A DNA stretch of 63,943 bases, counting the filler, from Octopus bimaculoides (taxonomy: Eukaryota), in the NCBI RefSeq assembly GCF_001194135.2. It is 5 parts of 5 records of this genome, joined end to end, with 100 filler letters (N's around TTAATTAATTAA, not from the genome) between each part and the next. Parts side by side here need not be neighbours in the genome. Positions count along the whole stretch, not along the records: positions 12,167 to 32,678 come from NC_068983.1; positions 32,779 to 55,178 come from NC_068985.1; 3 more parts are not named here. The stretch is one strand, 5' to 3'. The notes below the pieces were generated by a model, which did no database searches, was not told the DNA's origin, and saw nothing but the letters and a program-made list of their open reading frames with translations. A program made the translations under genes and the position numbers. Positions within the stretch are counted from its first letter, which is position 1; each line of letters starts with the position of its first letter. Positions 26,321 to 39,043 of this stretch are shown piece by piece.

Positions 26321-26777
26321 ATATTTGGAAATGTTTAAGCAATTTTAATTTCATTTAAAATGTCATATATTATTATTATAAGGCTGAGCTGTCTGTTATG
26401 TAACAACTTATAGTTTCTTTCGAATTTTAATGCATTTTTTTCTCAATTTTATATTTTTAGCATTCATAACATTTTAAAGTTGCATTCAAAACTACCTGCA
26501 GAGCTAGTTCGTAGTTTAACTAAAATATGTACATTCTGCATTGCATCGAAGCTCGATAGGTTTAGGTAAATACTGCTGGCGGCTACAGAATTGTTCACAT
26601 TAAGGATGTCGCCAGAAGTAAGGTCATGTGATATGGACTAAAAGATTTTGTGAACTGTATGGAAATATATAGAAGAATAACAGTGTATTTAGTATTTTTG
26701 TTGTGTCTCTCTTTCGCGTCTATCTCGCATACTGTGAAGCAATCTCAGGGATACCAGTAATTACCAATGTATATAGT

Positions 26778-27188
26778 TTATCTTCTATCTTTTATTCGCT
26801 TCAGGCAGTAGACTGCGGCCATGTTGGAGAACTGCCTTGGTGTATCTTATGTTTTCTTTTAGTCGAATGAACCGACTCCCGTACTTATTTTTGTATGCTT
26901 GTTGTGTATTCTGTCGTTTCTCTTTTGCCGAACCGGTAAGTTAAGGGAACGTAAACACACCAGTACCGGCTGTCAAACGGTGGTGGGGGACAAATACTGA
27001 CACACACAGACACAAATACACATATATCTCTACGACAGACTTCTTCTAGTTTCAGTCTACCAAATCCACTCACAAGGCTTTGATCGGCCCGAGGCTATAG
27101 TAGAAGACACTTGCGCAAGGGGCCACGCAGTGGGAATGAACCTGGAACCATGTGGTTGATAAGCAAGCTATTTACCACACAGCCATGC
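26778..27188 (-). mobile_element. SINE-C, full length (tRNA head + CORE + internal microsatellite + 3' module)
   Basis: Reverse complement matches 62834-63170 along its whole length. Confidence 0.88.
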
Positions 27189-27226
27189 TTGAATTTTTTT
27201 TATCTTATATTCGGGAGAGGGAGAGA

Positions 27227-27302
<76 letters not shown>

Positions 27303-27453
27303 GCATGATCTATGGCTCTTTATAGAACCTCTAAGACTGAGAGCGGTAGAGAAGAAAGTATTCTGAAATGTGAAACTAAGTCCGAATGCTTACAAAACGG
27401 GACACTCCACTAAACTTATTCAACCTTATAGACTTTCCGTAGACACCTGAATG

Positions 27454-28400
27454 AAAATTTATAGGCCAAAATTTATAGGCCAAAATTTATAGGCCAAAAT
27501 TATCAAATCCGTCCCCTTGTTCGGGCCCTTTCTATCTAAAAGTGTGACTATACTCTGGTTGTTACAAATGATAACTCACGTATTCTGTTGCCACGCGCAA
27601 TAGACATTTGCCAAGACGTCTACAGAATAAGCCTAGTATATAAAAGTGAGGGTCATGGGATAGACCATACAAGCTTGATGACTTCTCCACCATGCAACTA
27701 GTTTCCCGTATTTCTTCAGCTGCTATAGGCTTTCATAGAACTCCGCATCTTTTTCCGAGAGTTGTGACAGGTCGTTGAGGTAAACGGTAAAATGCAAACC
27801 CGTCTCCAGTTCACCGTCCGCTCCAAACGGTCGGGCAAAGCGCTACTGAAAAGCTGCAGAGATTTGCTTGGATTCGAGTATCCTGTGATCATCCTGGTTC
27901 ATCAAAAGCGTATTGCGGCCCTCTTCCTTCATATGGCTCTGCTTCCCTGGCCCATCGAACAGCTATTGTTCCTCCATGTCCTAGAGCATGTTCTCTAGCT
28001 TTAACAACACAGAGTTTGTGCTTCGCATAGGTAATTAACCAAGGGCTAATCTCGTCGCAGTCACGTTGGTTGAGATGTCTTTCCCAAGTACCTTGTCTCG
28101 GTTCGAAACTACTTTAACCTCAGTAGTCTAAACTTCTCTATCATTATTTCCATACTGAAACTTATAGACCTTAATCTAGTAGTCTTTTCAGGGCTAGATA
28201 ACATCGTTCGTTGAAAACTTCCTCTGTGAAATCACGGTGTATAAGGTGCATTCCAGAAATCTTCAGATTCCTTCAGGAGAGACATTTATTACATGAATTT
28301 ATACACACAACTCTCAAAGTTTCCACGTAGGTAGAAATTGGAGGAGAGAAGAAAACGAGTTATTGACCCATTTGTAGATTCTGGAGTCAGGTTAACTCGA
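27454..28400 (-). mobile_element. Decayed L1/Tx1-like LINE ORF2 (linker to RT start)
   Basis: Minus-strand frames give GGTIAVRWARE..., KPIAAEEIRET..EKSSSLYGL..., KGPEQGDGFDNF.PI. Homologous to 22800-22980. Ends in 3x aaaatttataggcc (27454-27495). Confidence 0.8.
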
Positions 28401-29239
28401 GCTCCATGAGATCTCGGTTTTTTTTTTTAGGTTTTTTTTTAAAGTTCTTTATGAGTCTAGTGCTGGCTCTTGGGCTAGGGCTTCCCATATCACTGTGGAA
28501 ATTACTTTGTGTCTCCAAGTCCAGCCTTATCAATTTCAAACTTTGTGGAATCTTGAAAAGCCTAAAGACTTTTCCCTTTCCTTCATTGCTTGCTTTTTGT
28601 GGCATCTGATATTGATTCTGTGGTTATCAGCACAAAATTTGCGGTGAGTGTTTTGTTGATGTTGCTGTGTTTCTGACTGTGTTGGTATTGCTCTTGTGCG
28701 TTTCCTTTTTTGTTGCGATTAGTGTTAGTGAAGGTGATAGTGCAGTTATTGTTTTTGAGTTATTTCTTTGATGAGGGTCTGATAGTGTCGACGCTGTTGT
28801 GAGAAGTGGTTCGTTTAGAGGGAACATATCGTTCTCAAATTTTTGTTGGGTTTATTTTGCTTACTTTTCATTTTGTTTTTCTTGTTTGCCCCATCTAATC
28901 ACATGATGAAATTTCTACATTTTAAAGGTCTTATTTGTGGGTAGATGTAAACAAACCGGGGGAATGCTTTTACCCATAAGTATCCATAAGTATCCACATG
29001 CTCTGCTAAAAAGTTTCAAGATGATTTTTCCTTTGGTGTGCCATGCAGAAAGACCTGCGGGCAGCTACAGTTTGCCTAATCCTGGGCTGAACAATAAAAA
29101 CAGAAACAAGGAACACCACCATCATTATCATCATCATCATCATCATTATAATCACCATCAACGTCAACAATGCAACACATAGTATCAACAAGTTACGCTA
29201 CATTAAAATATTAAACGTATCACACATAATTATTTAGTG

Positions 29240-29420
29240 CCAAGCTGACGTCCTTGGTTTCTAGAGACTCGTGTTGTTTACGTATGCGCATGTATATTCA
29301 AACCACTGGCTGTTGCCCGTCATTTTGTCTATCCTTTTTTCTTTTATTGAATATTATCTCCTAGTCTATCCCGTTGACATAATATAAACCACATCAAAGC
29401 CTCCACGGCTGTTTGTTAAT
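29240..29420 (+). repeat. Dispersed repeat, copy 1 of an inverted pair
   Basis: Reverse complement of 32230-32407 (shared gcgcatgtatattcaaaccactggctgttgcccgt and acatcaaagcctcc). Confidence 0.85.
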
Positions 29421-29592
29421 TTCTATGATTTATTTATTATTACTGCGACCATCTTTCAATTTAGTATATATGTGCACAAGTGCATAAATATATATCTATG
29501 TTCATAAACACGGTCACACACACATACACACGCACACATATATATATACACACGTATATGTACGTATGTATGTATGTATGCATATATATGTG

Positions 29593-29631
<39 letters not shown>

Positions 29632-29764
29632 GTATATACATACATATGTTTATATATAAATATACATATTTATATGTATATATATATATAAATATATATA
29701 CACATATACATATCTATATATATATATATATATACATATACATATGTATGTATATACACACACA

Positions 29765-29851
<87 letters not shown>

Positions 29852-30374
29852 ATATGCATGTATATGTGAATATATATATATACATATATATATACATACA
29901 CTCACTCATATATGTATATGTGTGTATGCATGCATGTGTGTGCGTGTATGTATGTATATGTACTTGTTTTTCTCTAATTTTCCTTTCTGCTTTTGATCAG
30001 AAATAAAAGTAAGTTGCTCTTTCATAATCTGTAGTGTGTGTATGTGTGCATAAGTGCATGTATATATGCGTGTATGAGTGTATATATGTATGCGTGCACT
30101 TATATATATATATATATGTATGTATGTGTATGTATTTGTATATATGTATGAGTGTGCGTGTGCGTATGCGTGTGCGTGTGTGTGTATCTGTGTGCGCGAG
30201 TGCGTTACGCAATTGATAAATGTTTCTTCGTCGACGCTTAATATTAAATCGATACGTACGTCATCTTAAGGAAAATTGATTTAACGGTTATTCTCAATAT
30301 ATTTTGTTTTATTTTCCATTGATGTGGTTACTTGTCGTGTGTTATTATTTTTCGATTGTTTTCAATAATAAACG

Positions 30375-30409
<35 letters not shown>

Positions 30410-30447
30410 CCACCACCACCATCATCATCATCACCATCACCATCATC

Positions 30448-30479
<32 letters not shown>

Positions 30480-30488
30480 CACCATCAC

Positions 30489-30553
<65 letters not shown>

Positions 30554-30649
30554 CTATCACTATCATTATTATCATCATCATCATCATCTTCATCATCATC
30601 ATCGTCATCATCATCTTCCTTATCATCAGTATTATTATTATTATTATTA

Positions 30650-31040
30650 AAGTGCTGAGCTGGCATGACCGTTACCGCGCCGGACAAAATGCTTATTGGC
30701 ATTTCTTTCGATAGGCATCACATTGCCGCAGCAGAGCATGTTGGCCCCAACTGAGCACTGGGGTCAATGCTATCGCCTAGTACCCCACCCCTAAAGTATC
30801 AGGTCTTGCACTATAGCTGAAAGAATTTGTATTATTATTAGAGCAGCGTACTGTTAGAATCGCTAAACTGTCGAAGAAAATACTTTGTGTTATTTGTTCG
30901 GAATCTTTACATTCTGAGTTCAAATGTCAGTCGAAATTTCCTTAGCAATTCATCCTTTCAGGGTCGATGAAACAAGCACCAGTCAAGTACAAGGGTAGAT
31001 GAAATTGGTTAGACCCCGCCCTGCACGAAAAATAGAGTGC
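30650..31040 (+). mobile_element. Two tandem diverged SINE-A relics immediately upstream of candidate exon X
   Basis: Head at ~30650 (internally deleted). Core ttcatcctttcagggtcgatgaaacaagcaccag at ~30950. Confidence 0.65.
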
Positions 31041-31102
31041 CAGAAAAAAAAACCCATCTTGTTCCATTTAGTCCCTTTTAATCAAAATCCTACCGGTTTC
31101 AG

Positions 31103-31196
31103 AGGGAAGAGGGCAGAAATTGCGCAGAAGAGATCATTCAAGAAGTAGTACCATGATGGGAGATGAGAAGAAGAAGCGCAAGCGGTCAAAGACTAG
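31103..31196 (+). CDS. Candidate upstream exon X (94 nt; alternative acceptor gives 31072-31196), possibly of the PKC gene
   Basis: cctaccggtttcag| acceptor and a perfect AG|gtaagt donor around purine-rich sequence. One open frame GRGQKLRRRDHSRSSTMMGDEKKKRKRSKT(R), with ATG at 31153 in an accATGatgg context. The frame is bounded by TAG at the upstream acceptor (31069-31071) and TAA inside the donor. No homology recognised. Confidence 0.42.
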
Positions 31197-31805
31197 GTAA
31201 GTGCTACATCCGAGAGCGGAGGTGTGGTTGGTATTACAACGCGGAAGTGGGCATTGCTGATAACGTGTAAGTCGGAAATTGAAGGGCCTTTGGCTGAGTC
31301 TCAGTAATAAAGGTGTGATGATGGCTACGGATGCGGCGAAATTATATGTATATTGAGTGGGGAATGAAAAATTTACAACGGTTGGTAAACCTGAAGCGCA
31401 GCGTTACAATTTATGAACTTGTAAACCAAAACTTAATATATTATCATTGTATTAAGCTCTTCTGTATTCCTTTCATACATACATGACTTTCTGTTCATGT
31501 ATATATATGTATATATATATATATATATATGTATANNNNNNNNNNNNNNNNNNNNNNNNNNNNNNNNNNNNNNNNNNNNNNNNNNNNNNNNNNNNNNNNN
31601 NNNNNNNNNNNNNNNNNNNNNNNNNNNNNNNNNNNNNNNNNNNNNNNNNNNNNNNNNNNNNNNNNNNNNNNNNNNNNNNNNNNNNNNNNNNNNNNNNNNN
31701 NNNNNNNNNNNNNNNNNNNNNNNNNNNNNNNNNNNNNNNNNNNNNNNNNNNNNNNNNNNNNNNNNNNNNNNNNNNNNNNNNNNNNNNNNNNNNNNNNNNN
31801 NNNNN

Positions 31806-31842
<37 letters not shown>

Positions 31843-31951
31843 TATAAGTAATTCAATGATAGGATAAAGTCTTTTATAAGAACTTATCAAGTAGCTAGCG
31901 TGAGAAAACCTCATAAGGTAAAAATCCATCAGTTATTCCCCAAAATATATT

Positions 31952-32113
31952 TATTTATATAAGGGCATTACTATACGTGAATGTCTCACGGTAAGAGGAA
32001 CTCTAAGGTCAAACTACCACAATAAACACAAAAATGTGTTTATTATGGTAGTTTGACCTTAGAGTCCCTCTTAGCGTGAGGCATTCTTGTATAGTAATGC
32101 CCTTATATAAATA
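31952..32113. repeat. Near-perfect palindrome: 79-bp arms, 4-nt loop (probable MITE)
   Basis: 31952-32030 versus 32035-32113: 6 non-Watson-Crick positions, loop AAAA. Core TA-AGGGCATTACTATAC...GTATAGTAATGCCCT-TA. Confidence 0.92.
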
Positions 32114-32229
32114 TATATATTAGTATATATTTATATAGTATATATTTATATATACATACACATATACACACACACACACACACATATACATATATGTATG
32201 TATACATATACATATATGAATATTCACAT

Positions 32230-32407
32230 ATTAACAAACTGACAGTCGAGGAGGCTTTGATGTAGCTTATATTATGTCAAAAGCATCGACTGGAAGAGTA
32301 AGTTAAAAAAAAAGATAAAGAAAATCACGGGCAACAGCCAGTGGTTTGAATATACATGCGCACACGTAAATAGCACGAGCCTCTAGTAACCAAGGACATC
32401 ACCTTGG
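32230..32407 (-). repeat. Dispersed repeat, copy 2 of the inverted pair
   Basis: See 29240-29420. Confidence 0.85.
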
Positions 32408-32451
32408 AGATAGATAATTATGTGTGATGCATTTAATGTATATATGCACAT

Positions 32452-32678
32452 GTGGAGGCGCAATGGCCCAGTGGTTAGGGCAGCGGACTCGCGGTCGTAG
32501 GATCGCGGTTTCGATTCCCAGGGCGTTGTGAGTGTTTATTGAGCGAAAACACCTAAAGCTCCACGAGGCTCCGGCAGGGGATGGTGGCGAACCCTGCTGT
32601 ACTCTTTCACCACAACTTTCTCTCACTCTTTCTTCCTGTTTCTGTTGTGCCTGTAATTCAAAGAGTCACCCTTGTTAC
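32452..32678 (+). mobile_element. SINE-B 5' part (runs into gap)
   Basis: Nearly identical to the 18129 and 60421-60807 copies. Confidence 0.9.
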
Positions 32679-34237
32679 NNNNNNNNNNNNNNNNNNNNNN
32701 NNNNNNNNNNNNNNNNNNNNNNTTAATTAATTAANNNNNNNNNNNNNNNNNNNNNNNNNNNNNNNNNNNNNNNNNNNNTACGTTGTTACGATATCTTTCA
32801 CTAATATAAGGTAAATGTTCCACTGTCACAAGGTGTAGAACGAGATGGTGTGTTTTAAAATGTGGAAATATTTGTGGAAGTGGATAGGTAAAGTCAGTCT
32901 TTGTCCTCGGAGCGAAGTAAAATCACTTTGGATGGTATTTGCTTAAATTTGACGTTCTTTTCTTGCCACCTTTTCCCCTTTTCTTCATTAATACAATAAG
33001 GAAACGCAGTTCATTATGTATTGACCTTAATGTCGAAACACGTACGAAAACGTCATTTCAGACAGATATATATATTTTTTCTTTTCAAAAGTTTACATTT
33101 AATTCATGGCAAATTCAAATAAGGGGACACAATTATACAGCGTACACTTCTTTTCAGAATTGATAGCAAGCATCAGTAATGAATTCTCCAACACATCCCG
33201 CCCCCATTAATATCCATGGTTAAGTAGATATAAAGAGACGGGTACAGAGATAAGTGGTTGATTCGCTCATTGACCTCACCCAGGAGAAAACAAACTTGCA
33301 AACTAACACATACACAAATAAAATAATCGATTCATTAAATAAAAATTGAAATCGAAAATACTACCTTCAACCATTTAAATTTAAAACCAGCTTGGTAAGA
33401 TGACGAAGAAAAAGATGAAAAAATTGTCCCTTATAAACACTAAAACCACCAGTATCATTCACAACAATAACTGCGAGACGATTATTAGAATAGAATTTAG
33501 CAATGTTTACAATAAAAATAAATACATTTGGTCCCCGTCTATATATATGCAAATCTTATACTATTAACAGACGTTATATTGAAATATAGGGCGGTCGATT
33601 GCTGAAATCATTAGAGCATAGTTATTTGTTCCAGCTCATTGCATTCTGAATACTGCCGGGGTCAGCTTTGTTTTCATCTTTTCGATATTGATAAAATAAA
33701 GTTGCAATCGAGAACTGGGTTCGTTTCCTTTCAGAACCTGTTTCTTTTTGCTGTGAGAAGGAAGCGAGAAACCACTCACAAAATTCTTTTCGTCCAACAC
33801 GTCCAGTTTCGCTGTATTGCAATGGAAGGCCGTAGTCGCTGAGAATCTGGCAAAGTGCGGTACATGAAAGTGATGTCGAAATACTTTCTGTAACTAGTAA
33901 ATTACTTAAATCTCTTAAGTAATATACACGTGTATCAAGTTATAGATAACTTTGTTACTCTTAATGTAGTCTTCAGGCAGAATCAGCGAGACCCAGAGTG
34001 AAACAGAAATGTCCTTCTTATTCCGTCTGTAGCCCATTCGACTGGCTTCCCACACAATGTCTGTCGATTGAAATTTTCTCAGAAGTTTTAGGGCGAGCTA
34101 TGGCTAAGTAAAAAAAAAAAAAAAACGCATGCCCAGTAAGTCATGTAATGATATCGAACTAAGGGTCTCTAGATTGCAAAGGGAATTTTTAGCCACTAGT
34201 TTCCTCCCCCGCTACATGCAACACACATATATGTTCC

Positions 34238-34430
34238 GTCAGCACTTGAGTAAAAATGCTTGGCGGTAATTCATCCGCCTGTACGTTCTGGGTTCAAATT
34301 CTGCCGCGGTCGGCTTTACCTTTCATCCTTTCAGGGTCGATAGATTAAATACCAGTTGTGCACTGAAGCTTATGTAATTAACCTAACCTCTCTCCCGGTA
34401 TTGCTGGTTTTGTGCAAAAATTTGAAACCA
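34238..34430 (+). mobile_element. SINE-A, diverged
   Basis: gggttcaaattctgccgcggtcggctttacctttcatcctttcagggtcgatagattaaataccag. Confidence 0.75.
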
Positions 34431-34472
34431 AGCTTTATCTATATATTGGATACAAACTTAAATGTTGGATTA

Positions 34473-34512
<40 letters not shown>

Positions 34513-35949
34513 GCATTATGGAAAAATGAAAAGAAAGAAAACAAGGAATCAGGTAATCTTTTGGTGAAATTGGAATCCTGAATTTATGATATGCTCCTAC
34601 AAAAATTAGATTTTCTTTTATATCAATTTATATATTATAAAATTGTACTACTATCTATCTATCTATCGATTGCATGCATTCTCAAAAATTAAATTTTGTT
34701 TATATTTTTACTATATAATCGTCCTATAAGTTGTTTTCTATTTAACTACCTGTCTATCTATTTTTATGAACTACTATGAAAAAATAGAAAAGAAATAGTT
34801 AATCATTTAGTCTAAGCACTCTCCATACGATGAGAATCGAACTTGTCTTATTGGTATTCTTTGTGAAATGATTGCATTACTAAAAGTCTTCGATAAGAAT
34901 ATTCCTCCATCAACATTAGCATTTTCAATCTTTGCGCTCATACGAGGTATCAGCGAGGAAACGTAATTCCGTGTTCCACCAGCCGTCACACTGGGATTCA
35001 CTTTCTCTCACATGAAGGCTTTATATATTTCCATGTTTTATTTTGTGGAGAAACGTAAAAATTTATTTACTCTTCAGTCGCAGATTAATCAGTAGTAAAT
35101 ATGAATAAAATTTCTATGAAACATCCAAAATGTGAAAGGAATTATAATGAAAAAAATGTTTCTAACTTCGATTCATGATCGAAAACTTTTTAAAGGAGGA
35201 GTGCAACTGTGATTATATCAGCCTCAGAAGTGTAATTGAGATAAAGTAGGCACCGATGTGAATCGAACGCATAACGTAAAGAAGTACAACTAAATGCAGC
35301 AAGATATTTAAACCGACGCTCTTCTAATCCTGCTAATCCACATTATTATTACTTAAATGTTACTTAATTCAGTGACAAACACATTTAAACCTTTTCTTTC
35401 CTGTCATTGAGAATTTCTTTCTTAGGAATTCTACTTTATAACTCCCTAATGTTCTTTAAAAAACAACAAAAGACAACAGACAAATGGGCAATAGAATCCT
35501 TGCACAAAAGTATTGATACAAAATACTTCTTTCTAGTATTTGTAAAATTTACCAAAATCTTTTACCATTTCCAGAAATTTACTCAGAATGTCAATGACTG
35601 CACTTTTTCTTTCTAATAACCTTAAAATATCTTATAATCTGAGATAATCACACGATATCAGCATTAGACTAAATGTTTAATAGCTTTTCATTTTTTCCTT
35701 CTTCTCCATAATTGAAACAGATTGTATAATTTATATTCTTTTCAAACCATATTTACCCAATGAAACTGTCTCTGTATGTTTAATTTTCTCTAAAACACTA
35801 ATTTTGATATTGCTCAATGATCAGCGCTTTTATTTCAAAATTTGACAGTAAAAATGTCTCTACATAAGCTGATGGCAAGTTTTGATAAATTCTGTTGCAT
35901 CCTCATTATACCCATATACACTCATATATATAGAGAGAGACAGGGACAT

Positions 35950-36330
35950 ATGATATAATATAAGATGATATATATAATATTATAATATAATATAATATAA
36001 TATAATATAATATAATATAATATACTTTACTATACTACACTATAATATAATATATTTTACTATACTATACTATAATATAATACAATATGTTATAATGTAC
36101 TATACTATACTATAATATATGTTATAATATACAATACTATGATATGATATAATATAAAATACTTTACTATACTGTAATATATGTTATAATATACTATACT
36201 ATAATGTAATATGATATAATATGATATACTTTACTATACTATAATGTAAAATAATATACCATACTATACTATACAATAATATAATATAATATAATATAAT
36301 ATGATATAATATAATATAATATAATATGTA
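35950..36330. repeat. Degenerate AT-rich pentanucleotide satellite (TATAA/TATAC variants)
   Basis: Direct reading. Confidence 0.85.
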
Positions 36331-36343
36331 TGAATGTATGAAT

Positions 36344-36555
36344 AGGCTGCAGCGAGCTGGCAGATTCGCTATCGAGCCGGACTAATGCTTGGCGGCATTT
36401 CATCCGTCTTAAGTTCTAAGTTCAAATTCCATCAAGGCTGACCTTGCCTTTCAGGATCGATAAAGTAAGTATCATCTGAGCACTGTAATCAGTGATGTAA
36501 TTGACTTAGCTCCGCCATCGAAATTACTGGCCTTGTGCCAAAGTTTCGAAACCAA
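36344..36555 (+). mobile_element. SINE-A, diverged, with short core deletion
   Basis: Head gcagcgagctggcagattcg, tail ggccttgtgccaaagtttcgaaacc. Confidence 0.75.
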
Positions 36556-36577
36556 TACACATATACATATATGCATA

Positions 36578-36693
<116 letters not shown>

Positions 36694-37016
36694 TATGTAA
36701 TCTATTTCCCTGGAAAAAGAAGAGGAAAAGAAACTTGTCTGCAACAAAATCAATAAGATGTTCCACTAAAAAGGTTGATGGATTGTACTGTAGCAGGTGT
36801 AGGACAGATCCCTGCTACCCAAGTGGGAAAACTGCAGTAGCAGGTGTTACGTAGCACCACATGAGATCAGCTCCGCCTAGGGAAACCTCTTATCAACGAT
36901 ATTCTATCCACGTCTATCCCATCGGTACTTTCAATTATAGTCCACCCATTCTGTAATTCATTGTTTGAAGACAGAAAGGCGTGAAATAACAATGATTTGC
37001 TTATCATTTTTCGCAG

Positions 37017-37029
37017 GTCGAACGAACAG
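37017..37029 (+). CDS. Candidate 13-nt microexon Y (phase 2->0, encodes (R)SNEQ)
   Basis: tttgcttatcatttttcgcag|GTCGAACGAACAG|gtaaat. Strong pyrimidine tract with TGC at 36998-37000. Phase bridges exon X to the kinase exon at 56672. Confidence 0.45.
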
Positions 37030-37316
37030 GTAAATTGCCCCTCGTTGGCTCACAATGTAATCGTGTATTATGAACCAGTGTCCATGATCCGCAACAAGAA
37101 GCGGGAACTCTGTATATTGAAACAGTGACTCACTCGCTTGCAATCATGTAATTTTCAAAGCCTTTATAAAAGACGTGTTAAGGTGCAATGTAATGCATTC
37201 TAATTCCAGTTTATTTCTGTAACAACAGCGACAACAATAGCAGCAGCAGGATTGAAATGAAGGCAGAATTAATGAAGACAATTTTGCTTTAAAAAGAAGT
37301 TTGATTCACTCAAAAA

Positions 37317-37356
<40 letters not shown>

Positions 37357-37809
37357 AATGATATATCTCCAAGTCCTGCCAGAGTCAATCCAATGTCGAT
37401 AATATCTCGTATATTCTGCTCGACAACTTTATTGAAGATAGATACAGGTCCTGTGATTTCTGGTGATTTGGTGAGAAAAAAAAAAGTAAGGTAAAAGAAA
37501 TCCTGGAAAAATAAACTAAATAATTTTATAGTTTTCTTACCGTCTGGAATAGCGAACCTATTACTTAATGCAATGAAAGAAATCAATATTTTAAATGGCT
37601 ATGAAGGCAATAAAGTTTCACTAAAAGCAGGACAACGCACTAAAAACCTTGCAGTATATTCACTTCCATCTCGTTCCGAACATGTCATCATACACAAGAA
37701 GTGAACTAATACATATAAATATAAGGTAACTTTTAGAATTATGTTTTAAACTTTATATATGCGATTAATAAACGTACTGGTCCTCTGTCACTATTTATGT
37801 ATGTACGTA

Positions 37810-38890
37810 TGTATGTATGTTCTCATCTCTTTTTAATTATTTAAATTCTTCCTCCGAAGAAAGGGCTGGTTTCTAATAAAAGTTACAAAGCTCCGTCGCT
37901 GGAATGTCAAATAGTGAACTCGAGAGAAGTCTTACATATTTTTATTGTTCTGCTTAAAGGTTATATTTGAAATGTGTAAAGTAGCTGGTTGATTTGTTAT
38001 TTTGAAAACCCTAGTTTTTCAGATTGTCACTTAGGCATTTACTCACAAAATACCCCGCCAATATTCCTCGTGTTGATGTCTTTGTTTGTATTCAATAACA
38101 CAGTGACTTCTTTGTATGTCATCATTCAGTTTTATTTCAAGATTCCTTGCCAATAGAAAAAGAGCCGGTTTCTAACCTAGATTCAAGCCTCCTTCATTGG
38201 ACTTTCAACAACATCAACAGGGTATTTTTGCATGTATGTATACGTGCAGATTTATATGTTTTGTTTTACGTATGTCTTCTCATGCATATACTTGCAAATC
38301 TAGACATGCTCATATATACTTAAATGATAAATTTCTGGAAAGTTTTACAGATTTTTATAGTTCAAATGATGGATTGGATCTGTAGTCTTCGAATCAGCTT
38401 TTTCATTTCTGGTTATCAGAAGCCTAATTTCTCAAGATTGGTGTTTAGGCTAATGCACGCATGCATACATGTATGTATGTATGTTATTTCTTTACTGCCC
38501 ACAAGGGGCTAAACATAGAGGGGACAAGCAAGGACAGACAAACGGATTAAGTCGATTATATCGACCCCAGTGCCTAACTGGTACTTATTTAATCGACCCC
38601 GAAAGGATGAAAGGCAAAGTTGACCTCGGCGGAATTTGAACTCAGAACGTAGCGGCAGACGAAATACCGCTAAGCATTTCGCCCGGCGTGCTAACGTTTC
38701 TGCCAGCTCGCCGCCTTAATGTATGTATGTATGTATGTATGTATGTATGTATGTATGTATGTATGTCATTATTCAGTTTAATTTCAAGATTTCTTCCCAA
38801 CAGAGAAAGGGCCAGTTTCTAATCTAGATTGAGGGCTCATTCATTGGAATTTCAACAACACCAAGAGTAAATTTGAGCATGTTTGTGTAC
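37810..38890 (-). repeat. Three co-oriented ~120-bp retroelement-tail-like repeats with (CATA)n tails (~37810, 38116-38240, 38762-38890)
   Basis: Shared tatgtcat.attcagttt.atttcaagatt.ctt.ccaa.aga.aaag.gcc.gtttctaa.ctagatt. The first copy is more diverged. Confidence 0.7.
38484..38717 (-). mobile_element. SINE-A, young, with alternative 3' tail
   Basis: Clean head/core. Tail (rc ttaatccgtttgtctgtccttgcttgtcccctctatgtttagcccc) differs from other copies. A solo copy of this tail is at ~759-801. Confidence 0.92.
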
Positions 38891-39043
38891 CTGTGTGCAT
38901 TATTTGGAGTCAGTGCATGTGCAGGTTTGCATGCTTTGTTTTATATGTATATTCTCATGCAGCTATATGCATGAAAATACATAGACATGCACATGTATAT
39001 GTATGCGTGGATACATAGACATGCGCATGTATGTACGTATGTA

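Noticed and set aside
23861-26350. Long poly-D/E/S/M/I ORFs (also 30.3-30.7 kb and 46-49 kb)
   Set aside because: Translations of trinucleotide microsatellites, open on several frames and strands, with no splice context or domain.
34811-34946. Open frame between an AG and ag|gtatca (and a 64-aa minus-strand ORF)
   Set aside because: Purine-rich acceptor, no homology, and phase 0->1 does not fit between X and Y.
37269-37586. 105-aa minus-strand ORF
   Set aside because: Runs through a poly-T tract; no donor or recognisable domain.
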